Source of the DNA: the human T2T-CHM13v2.0 reference genome, Homo sapiens
Assembly: GCF_009914755.1 (NCBI RefSeq)
Contig: NC_060940.1
Strand: one strand, 5' to 3'
Length of the DNA: 64,000 nt
This document shows positions 52,869-64,000 of this stretch, one piece after another. The translations under genes and the position numbers were made by a program. Positions within the stretch are counted from its first letter, which is position 1; every line of letters starts with the position of its first letter. The notes beneath the pieces were generated by a model. The model had not been told where the DNA came from and made no database searches. It saw nothing but the letters and a program-made list of their open reading frames with translations.

Positions 52869-54140
52869 TAAAATGCCACATTAATCCTCCCAGTAAACTT
52901 GATAAATGTCTTAATTTCTTGGCAATGTAGTGCATGTAAGTTATTATATTTCTAATTTTGCAAGTCTCACCTAGCAGAGCACTTACCTTAATGGAATAAT
53001 TAGTCATTTTGATAATTAAATCCATCACTAACAGAATGCAGTGTCAATGCAGAACTTTTTTTTTTCTTTTTTTTTCCCTCCCTTGCTGCTCATTCACATA
53101 GCCCCAAGGTTCCAGCCCCAGCACAGACTTCAGAGGAGCTAAGCTGCACACTTCCAGGCCTCTGCTGTCAGGCAGCTGAGAATCTGACTGCCTCTCCTCC
53201 CCTATTACAATTCATGTTTAAAGTCATAGTCGCCCAGGAAAGAAAATAGAGAGGGGCACACTTTGTGTGTGTACCTAGTACATAAGAAAGTAGAAGGAAT
53301 CAGCTGGGTTTGGGGGTTGCCTTTTGTTTTGGGGCAGGTCTGGGTTTTTGTTTTGGGAGGGGGTGGGGGGAGGGTAAAAAATGGGAGGTAAGGGTGGGGT
53401 GAACTTGCCTGTACTTGTTCAAACTTCTATGCACTGAAACTCTTGAGTACAGTAAGACGTGCCCATCACGTGAGAGCATATGCAATCATTACAAAGCTTT
53501 GGCATGCAGTTTTCTGCTTGGATCAAGAATATCAGTCCTTACCCTAAAAATGAATCCCCATAGGCATTCATTTGAATTGCCAATACTTTTAGAAAAAGGA
53601 AATCGTTAAGTGCCACCTTGTAGCCATTAAAACCATGGCCGGACAGTTCACTGAAGCTCAGTCATAGAAATTCAGCCATGATTTGGAAGCATTGTTTTGC
53701 ACAAGCTTAATTACATCAAGCAATTCATCTGTACAACTCCACAACTCCCTTCTCAAGATCAGATTCCATACAGCTTGCAGAGCCAAGTTAAGTAAGAAGT
53801 AGATTGAGATTTTCATCCCAATTCTGCATTCAACAACTCTGCTTCAACACCTAGTCCACATGAGGAATGTGTTGGAGAGTTGAATTACATTCAACAACTG
53901 GTCCAAATTCAACCTCAAGTGCAGATTATTCTGTTATAAAAAAATGAGACAGTGAAAATCCTTCCATTGTCCAGCTTATAATAGAGTCCTTTTAGCTAAG
54001 AGGACTGGCTGACAGAATTTGGTTTTGCAGGGAATTTCTTTAGGAGGAGCTATTGGGGAAGGTCAGGAATGGCCCTATCTTTAGTTCTCCAAGAATGACC
54101 TGGGATGGGTAGGGGGTGCCTCCATTTCGGTTGGTTTTGA

Positions 54141-54353
<213 letters not shown>

Positions 54354-56945
54354 ATGACAAAACCATAAAAACCTTCCAATGTGGGGAGAAAGGAAGCTTT
54401 CCGAGGCCTGAGTATTGCAATACATGCAGTAGTACATCATTTTAGCAACTCTAAAAAAAAAAAAAAATACAAATAAAAAGGAAAAAAAATGACATTTTTT
54501 ATCTTATACCTCAGATATTTTGTTCTGTGTATTTTAATATTGTGGGTCTTTAATTTCTGAAGGTTCCGTAGTTTGGTTGCTGGCTGTAGGAGTTTTTGTG
54601 GTTGATCTAGACAGATGCTAGATAATGAATAAAAACTGGTTTAGGGCCATATCCAGAGTGCTATATTATGTAAATGAATTATATATGCTGAATATTAAGC
54701 TACTGGGGTTATCAGCTGTTTGGGAAGAGTGTAAGTGACTACAGTAGTCATTTTTTTCTGCACCTGCATTATTTTATTTTGTGAAAGGGGAGGTTGGGAG
54801 GGGCTTAGGGGATTGGAACTGGGGTTTGGCTGAAAGAAAAAAAAAAAATGTAACTGATGAATCTAAACGACCCACTGCACCAACAATCATTTATCAATGG
54901 TTCTAAGTTACTCATTGCCAGTTCAAGCCAAAGGTCATGTTGTTAAGGGGGTGCTTCTAGTAGCACTTGTGCATCTGAGTTGAATGAAGCTGTGCAAACC
55001 CACCCTTTAAACCATTCCACCCGGCAGTATTCAGCTTCTTAACCAGTCGCTATTTAGGAAAAAAAACCCACTAGTTAGGCCATCAACAAGCATTCTTTTT
55101 ATATTTCTTCCAGTATAATAAATTATTGATATCATTGCTGACTTTTATATTATGGGAGGGAAAAAATAACATTAATAAAAAGGTGATAAAAAAGCACTGT
55201 TTCTATTTTTTTCTTTTTTTCCAAAAAAAGAAAGTAATAAAAACTTAAATTCTTTGTACCAGTTAAAAAAAATGTATAAAATTTACATCTGTGCAGTGGA
55301 GTTGTTAAGTTCTAGAAACAGTCTATGAAGCTTTAGTTTTAGCCTAGTAGAACAACTGTTAGAGACAGACGTATAATTTTTATGGAATTACATGATAATC
55401 ATATTCGGATTTATAGAAGCATTTTACAAGTATTGCAATCATTGAGTAGAGATAATCATGGTATTTTCATCAGCTTGGTACTTTTTGAAACGTGACTGCG
55501 TTGTGTGAACAATCTGCAATTTTTCAGTCCGTGAGATCCTGCCCTTCCACCTCTTTCCCATACCCCCAAGGATTATCTCAAAATGATCTCTTTAGTTCTG
55601 TCTCCAAGGCCCAGGACACTTGTCAGAAGGATGCAAAAAAAGAAAAAAGTAGATCCACCCTCTTAATCCCAAAAGAACAAAGTCTCCCCACCTTTCTCGG
55701 ATGCAGGGCCAGAGTGACACAGCCGAAAAATTGCAGTTTGTCTGTACTTCTGTTTGAACTTTCCACGTTGTCCTGTTTACAAGTTAACTTAAGTTGGGGT
55801 ATCCGTCACGGGTCTTCCTGTTTTGTATTTAAATAAAAACAACAGCAGCAGGCTGTCCCTGAGTAGTTTTGCTGCCATAGGTTAAGTCCTCATGTGTACA
55901 GTGCAGGCCCTGTGGCCCGCACTTCAGTAAGTTATCAACTCTCACCGCTGTGAACCTGCCAATCCGCTGTAACAACTCTGCTTTAAAACAAAACCAAACA
56001 AAACTTTAAAAAAAAATGTGTGATCCAGCTTTCTCTTGCCATCCTATGTGCATGCCGTAAGATCAGTTGGATATTAAACCATCAATAAAGTTTCACAAGA
56101 TTTGAAAACAAAGTTTCTGTAGCTTCGATACCTAAGACAGACGATAGTGATCTTGAAAAGAGAAAAGGGGGAGGGGGGAGCTACTTATCAGCCAAAAGCA
56201 TATAAAGTGTTCTTTTCACCAGACTTCTTTGGGTGGGTGAGGGGAGGGGCAAGAGGGTGTTTTATAGCATCACTAAGACATTCTCATTCCCCCACCTGGA
56301 AAACAGTGTTATGGCAATGGGTGCCTGGTTGATGTTCTTAAAGGAAACGAATTATTAAAACACTATGACATCCTCCAGAGGGAAGAAAGAGTAGGAGCAG
56401 GGGGCTATGGAGAATAAATTTCTCCCAATTGCCGCCTCAGATTTCAAAATCCAGAATTTGTATTGTGTTTCGAATCACAAACATAGAATTCTTACTGTGT
56501 TGGTTAAAGTAAAATTCATTTGCAGTTTTGATTTTCATCAATGAGCTGTACTTTCCCCCATGACTGTATGTAGTTTTAATAAAATCATTTAGAGTGAGTG
56601 AGTGCCAACCGATGTTGCAGAATCTTTTGTCTAGGCACTCCAAGATGCCAATAAGTCATTTTAAAATGTATGTCAGAGATGTAAACAAACATTTTGGATT
56701 TTTTTTAAACAGTATTTATTTGGAATGTTTTCATTTATCTAAATAACTATTGCTATTATGAATTATGGAAAATTAATATTATGTGTGGCATATAGTGACT
56801 TCTTAACACACACATCACGCAATCTGCAAACCCAGAAAATGTGTATATCTGTCTTTAGAAATTAGTGTTTATATCACTTACAGTGGTTTGTGAATAAAGA
56901 AAACTGGTTTGTAATATCAAAAAAATAAAAGCTTAGTCTGAAAAG
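54354..56945 (+). other. RBFOX1: RBFOX1 3'UTR (~2.6 kb, AU-rich, no recognisable transposon insertions)
   Basis: Follows the stop codon and contains many AATAAA hexamers. The end is placed after the last AATAAA pair, so it is approximate. Confidence 0.8.
54472..54545 (+). terminator. Candidate proximal polyadenylation site
   Basis: AATAAA at 54472-54477 followed by U/GU-rich ttttgttctgtgtatttt (54518-54535). Confidence 0.5.
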
Positions 56946-56975
56946 GTACAAGTTGGTGTTCTGAGTTATTTGGCT
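56893..56975 (+). terminator. Probable distal polyadenylation site
   Basis: AATAAA at 56893-56898 and 56924-56929, followed by GU/U-rich gttggtgttctgagttatttgg. Repeat-containing intergenic-type sequence resumes downstream. Confidence 0.7.
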
Positions 56976-58618
56976 TCCATGGGTTTTCTCTCTCAGTGGG
57001 TAGATTTGTTATCCACAGCTGTGATTGCACTTGGGCCCGCCCGGGGATGTGGGGTGGGTGTTGCCCAAGTGAGCAGGAGGCTGCCCTGGCCACCAGTAGA
57101 CCAGATGCCTCCTGCAAGTTCCCTGCTTTTCTGGATTAAAATCTTTCCCTTCCTCACTCATTTTCCCAAAGAAGTCAGTGGAACTCACCCTGGCTGTTTA
57201 AGAAACTGAACTAAGCTTAGCTATCTCCTAGCATGGAAGTGTCAAGTCTTCAGTTTAAAACAAAATACATCACTCATCTTAAATATGTTTGAGCTATTAA
57301 TTACTTTTTGGGAGACCTCGGATAAGATGAAAAAAATATAGTAAGTGCTAGAGTTCACATACATTGAGTGCTCATTAGGAGCCAAAAATCGTGTGTTCCT
57401 TATTTAAAAATCAGGGTTGAACTGTCCACCCCATTTAGTTACTTAATATCTTAATCCTATCTCATTATATCTTAATATTCCTATTAAGTTGGTATCACTG
57501 AAAGATTTTTAACATGTGCGTTCTAGAAACATATTCTGAGTGTGCACCCTGATTCTGTCAACTTGCTGGTGGCAATCCAGGATGAATTAAACCAAAGTGC
57601 TGTGCCTCAGTTTCCCCAACTGCACCTCAGGATCATCTCACTGACCTAATATTGTTATGCAGAAGAAAGCAATCTCAATAAAGTGCTTGCAGCAGTACTT
57701 CATAAACTGTAAGCTATTATCCACAGGTGAAGCAACTGAGACACAAAGATTCATTTCTCCAAGGTCACAGAGCAAGCAGGTGATCACCCTAGGATTCCAG
57801 AACGTGCACCCTTAACTGACGAGGCATGTTCTCACCTGACCAATAAGAACTTTATACATGAGCAGTTTAACCCTGTGTGCCACCTGCAGACTCTTTGTTC
57901 TCCAATCATTTTTTTTTCCACACTGCAGGTTGTCTTCACAGCATCTATCTTATTTCAGTATATTTAATCATCCCTTCTCTGTAAACTCCTTATATATGAA
58001 GACCATGCCGGTTATAAATCAACTTGTATTGGCCTATGTCAACTGATCCTTAAAGATAGGGTTACCCTTATTTTATGAGGACAGGAAGGATCCGATAGGT
58101 CATATGATTTGCCCAAAGCTGTATCTAGCAAGTGTTGAAAGAGGGCACAACATGAAGAACTGTCGGACCCTGAAGTCTGTGCCTGCTTTATTATCGATGG
58201 TGATGGTGGTAGTGGTGACATTAAATTTGGGATTCTTGTGCTCTCCTTACACAATATGTATGGATGTTAATTAAAACAAGTCGCTAGCTTTATCCTCACA
58301 GGTGGTGGGAGGGAGGATAAGGGTTTCCTAAAATACTGGTTTATACCTGAGCCCTTCTCCACTAAATAGGAGGATATAAGAGGTGATGACAGATACAGTT
58401 TACATTAGAATCTCCAAAAGCAGGCTGTTATCCAAAATAGAGAAGCATCTAAATTTTATGTGAAATGTAGAGACAATTGATGGCAGAAGCAAACAAGTTT
58501 AAGAGACCTGGCCAGTGCATGCAGATTCTTGCCATCCCACTCCTGTCCTCCCCCTGGAGTGTGGGCAGAGGTGAGAAAGGAAGCCCATATGCCATGCATA
58601 TGCTTCATGCAGAAATAG

Positions 58619-58975
<357 letters not shown>

Positions 58976-59556
58976 AGCTATGTACTTCTTAAAGCAATAT
59001 ATTGAACAGTAAAATCTTCTCCACGTTAAACTAAAATATTACAGATACAGTTCAGTTAGCTTGGACCACTATCTTTAAGTTCCCACTCAACATCCTGACA
59101 ACTTTTTTTACCTATGTCTTCTGAAGCCTGTTTCTACTTCCTGGGAAGTAGCCATTTTGGAAGGAAATGTAGTTTTTGTGGGCGCACACTCACGCATACA
59201 CACATGTGCACACACAAGCAAAAGCATTTTACTGCTGAGACAGTGTTCATCCAACCTATGCGCTACAGATTTTCTTAGAACCTGGTGAGCTTGAAAAAGC
59301 AGATTCCTAGACCCCTCTGCTTTCAGAAAGCATTTAGAACCTCTCCTAACCTCTTTCAGATACCTCACCCATAAACTGGGGATAATTGCACCATTAACTT
59401 AAAGGGTTCTTACAATGAGATGTATTAAAACACACAAAACACTTAACCTAACATAGCATTTTCTCTAATAAATCACGTATATATCTATATAATGTACATG
59501 TATCCATATATTTTATGCATTCAAATATTTTAAAGATCAAATAATATGCACATTTT

Positions 59557-59894
<338 letters not shown>

Positions 59895-61472
59895 CTATGT
59901 TTATACACAGAACTCTATGCAATCGTATACATATAAATCTCTATGCATAGAGACCAACTGCTTTTTAATGTCTCTGTGCATTAGCATAACTACCATATAT
60001 ATATTATGAGACCATAAAAATATATGCCAATTCCTACAGAACATGTAGGTACTGATAGAGTAAGAGATCAGCAAGTGGGACTTATTACCGTTATCTTAAT
60101 CCTTACACCCTGGCAAGATAAATCCTATTATTTCCCCAGTCTACCTGTAAGGAACCAGAAGCTTGAGCAAGGCTAGGGACATGCCCAGGGCATATGGCTA
60201 TTAAGTGGTAGAGCTGAATCACGGTCACCGAATCCAAAGTTGTTGCTACATGCTAAACACTTAGCATATATCCTGGCACTTAGTCCTTGCAGCAGCCTCG
60301 GGAAGCAATTTGCCCCATGTAACAAAGCATATGAAAGCCTTGGAGCTAGGAGCCAAAGCCAAAGCATTCTTCTCTTTACTGCACACTGCACTCGGATGTC
60401 TGGTTTTACTAGCTGCCTAGCGAGCACTTGTTTAGATGGTGGGGTATCAAGAGGGCCCCAGCGTCTTCCTTTAAGGGTGTGCACCACCCCTCCCATGATG
60501 ATTCCTCATGAAATCGAGCAGGTGCCTGTGACTTTGACATCCAAGCGCCCTGACTGAAATAGACAGATGGCGTGTTGCTTGAATGAAGCAAAAAGTCAGC
60601 GAGAGCAAGAGAATTCCCCAGGCTCTAAAGAAAAAAAAAATAATGGCTGCAGGTAGAAAATAGAAGAGCAGAGACCCAGGAAGTAGGGTAATGGTGCTGC
60701 TGTGGGCAGGTGATGGCTGCAAAGGCGCAGAATGCAAATTGGCAGCTCATCAGCATGCAGACTCCAGCAAATCTTATAAAGCAAGTTAAACCCTGCACAA
60801 CCCCCCTCCAAAAATCTGCCTTAAAGCAGACAGCAATAAAACTACAGGCCAGAAAACGAAGCCCTCATGCTCACATCTGGAAAGTCCAACTTTCTGCAAC
60901 CACACCAGAAGTTGTCTAGAACTGAAAACCAGGTCAGAGGCACAGCACACAGCTCGACTTTTATCTCCCCCAAACACTCCTAGGCTGGCGAGTGGCATTG
61001 AAATTCATTACTGTAAGTAGGATTTCAGCAGCAGCCGAACTGCCGCTCAGCTGGACGGGGCTGTCAGCATAACTGGCTTGCTGCTGCTTTTTTCCTTTAT
61101 TTTCCTAAATTGCATGACTAGATGATGTATAGTTCCTTCTACTGTTTCCCTTTTTTTCCCCAAAGATCTGTTCTCCTCTCACCCCAAAGAGTGTGTGAAG
61201 ATGGGGGGTGGGGGGTACACATTTTATGAGAAAGGGAAAAACCCGCAAAACCTTCAGTGTTAGTTACAACAAATACCGAAATTCAAAGTGATTACGCCAT
61301 GCACGGTGGAAAAATTAGCTCCTCTTCCTAAAATTTTTCTATCACTCGAAAATAACTGACTCTTCTAAGCTGATGGAAAGACACTAGATCTTTGTTGTTT
61401 CCATTAAGCCAAAGATTAAGGCATGTAGCAGAAAGAATAGAAAAACAGACAGCAAGATGTCGTGGTTAGAGG

Positions 61473-61611
61473 TCTTTTTCCTCTTTTATTTTTAGATACA
61501 ACGTCTCACTAGAATGCCCAGGCTGGTCTCGAAATCCTGAGCTCAAATGATCCTCCCGCCTTGGTCTCCCCAAGTGCTAGGATTATAGATATGAACTACC
61601 ATGTCCCAACC
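61473..61611 (-). mobile_element. Alu monomer (FLAM-like)
   Basis: tgcccaggctggtctcgaaatcctgagctcaaatgatcctcccgcc. Confidence 0.85.
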
Positions 61612-63246
61612 TTTGGCCTTTTTGTTTTAAAAAAAAAAAAAAAAAAGATTCTAGATGAACCTCACTTTAGATCCCACCTCTACTAGCTTCCATCTTCTTC
61701 CTAGCTGTGTGACTTTGGCAATTTAGCCTCTCTGGGGCTCACTTTTCAGATTATGGAAATGCTTCATTGGATTTTGATGAAGATTCAGTAAGATTGTGCA
61801 ACACTAAGGGTTTGGGTCTGAGAAAGTTACTCAGCCTTCACTTTGCGGGGGGCGGGGGGGGGGGGCGGGGAATAAAGAGCCATATTGAAAAGAGACACTG
61901 GCTTTTGTGACCACAGGAGAGTGTTAAGTGAGGTAAAATTTGGAAAACCCGGGAGGCTGGTCACCTATTGAGAGCTATTCTTGAACATTTTAATGGTTAT
62001 TTGGTATCTGTGCCTACTCCACTGGCAGCCACCTATGAACCTGCGTGTGCTTTGCATATCTGCAATGCGCATCCACAAACGCAGAGAAACACATTGCATC
62101 AGAGCCACTCTGCCCCATGTGTAAATCTCAGCTCCCCACCTTGGTTCTCAGCCAAGACGTCCAACCACATTAAACCCTCACATCCTCCTTAGTAAAATAG
62201 AAGGAAATATAATTACTTTGAAAGCCGATTGTCAGAAAAAAGTGACATGGAAGATTTGCAGTAAATCTTCACCCCTCTTGTTTGCCTCAAGATATTTTTC
62301 AGCCAGGAATTTCTGTCACTTTGATATAGATTTGAAATGTAACAGAACACTCAACTCCAATAACAAACTGTTATAGGTACCAAGACCCACCCTTTGCCTC
62401 ACAGACATAGATTCTAGGGTTAGATAAGATTATAGAGATATTTTATGCTACAGAAGCAATATTCCAAAGCAAACTGGACTTAGTATTTTAAAACTCACTG
62501 AATACTGACAACTGAGTCTCCTACCAACTTGGTTTATCTTCCAAAAGAACACTATCCATGTCCATATGGATCTGTTTGGAGTTTGGAGAGGGGAGGAGAA
62601 TTGAGCAGCCAAGGCTACTAGCAACTGTGATGTTGGGATAAGAAGTAATGTTTCATATCCCTGAGACTCCCCAGTAGGCCATGGCCATTTTGTTCAATAT
62701 CCCTGCCCCAATCTCTGAATTTCTGGGTACCAGTGCTAGGAAGGAAATAAATGTTCTTGGTCTCTCCACATCAGTCACAAGGATGCTGTAACTGAGTCTA
62801 AGGTGTAGGATGGAACCCACCCTCCTGGTGGCTTTGGAAACCAAATGCCCCCTAAGATTCTATCGTTGGGTATGGACAGGTATTTACAAGATATTTGTTA
62901 ACTTCCAGTGTTTGAAAATGGGGAGATTTCATAGAATGTGTCCCTTGAGAAGCTGTAAGTTTGGGAGCACAGTGTCCACATTCCTTCCTGGTAGCAGGCA
63001 TCTAAACCAAGTAATGACTGCCTAAGAGAGGACAACAACTCTGCCATTCTCCTAGAATGCCTACTCCCTTACTGCCAACCAGCCAGGAACTCAACAAGGT
63101 GTTACACTGATAGATCCTGGGTCTGGAGGTAGGTTTATTACATAGAGATATTTTAATCTCATTGGCTAAGAATCAGAAGGTCCGAAGATGTCATTTTTTA
63201 ACAGTATAGTCGCTCAAAGCTATCCTGTCTACAAAGCACAAAGTAT

Positions 63247-63598
<352 letters not shown>

Positions 63599-63669
63599 TT
63601 AAGGAGAAAAAACTGGACAACTCTTCCCATTCTGATTAATATTACAGACTTGAATGTGTAAAAGTACTC

Positions 63670-63791
63670 ATGATTTACTTCTCTAGTAATCATACAGACT
63701 TGTCACATTTTAATTTAGCCCAAGTTTAATATGATTTACTTATCTAGTAATCATATAGACTTGTCACATTTTAATTTTTTAGCCCAAATTT
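63670..63791. repeat. ~61-bp tandem duplication (2 copies)
   Basis: atgatttactt(c/a)tctagtaatcata(c/t)agacttgtcacattttaatt...agcccaa starts at 63670 and at 63731. Confidence 0.9.
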
Positions 63792-63857
63792 GATTTTGCT
63801 TCTTTCAGTTTTCTTGGCCTTGCCTTCTCTGGTATAGATTTTCTCATGCTTTAAACT

Positions 63858-64000
63858 GGCACTGCCTACCAGAAATATAAGGCAAGATGCGTATATAATT
63901 TTAAGTTGTCTAGCAGACAAGCCACAGAAGTAAAAATAGGTTAAACTAGTCTTTTACTTAACTCACAATATTAAAAATAGTATCATTTCAACATGTCATG
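63858..64000 (+). mobile_element. MER33-like fragment (runs off window)
   Basis: agaaatataaggcaag...tataattttaa...tatcatttcaacatgt. Confidence 0.55.

Noticed and set aside
61024-61062. REST/RE1-like TTCAGCAGC...GGACGG
   Set aside because: Both half-sites are imperfect and the spacing is non-canonical.

Overview
Primate (Alu-rich, almost certainly human) genomic DNA holding the 3' end of RBFOX1 (A2BP1/Fox-1), a neuronal and muscle splicing regulator, on the + strand. Six coding segments with GT-AG boundaries can be read directly. They are the mutually exclusive 40-nt (B40, 8439-8478) and 43-nt (M43, 15072-15114) exons, a 65-nt exon (20294-20358), the frame-shifting 53-nt cassette exon A53 (36944-36996), a 76-nt exon (52664-52739) and the last exon (from 54231, ending ...[13 protein letters not shown] 54351-54353). 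The ~2.6-kb 3'UTR runs to about 56945. The RRM exons lie upstream, outside the window. The rest is intron or intergenic sequence with Alu, MIR, L2, hAT-Charlie MER elements and microsatellites, and almost all ORFs in the supplied track are spurious. I found no new gene or wholly new system. The most interesting signals are RNA-level inferences: a combinatorial multi-frame C-terminus code, a reciprocal QKI/NOVA/RBFOX motif arrangement around B40 and M43, a one-sided TGCATG field downstream of A53, inverted Alus bracketing M43, hairpins covering 3'UTR poly(A) signals, and a perfect 74-bp palindrome. All coordinates and counts were made by eye. Repeat boundaries and subfamilies are approximate.
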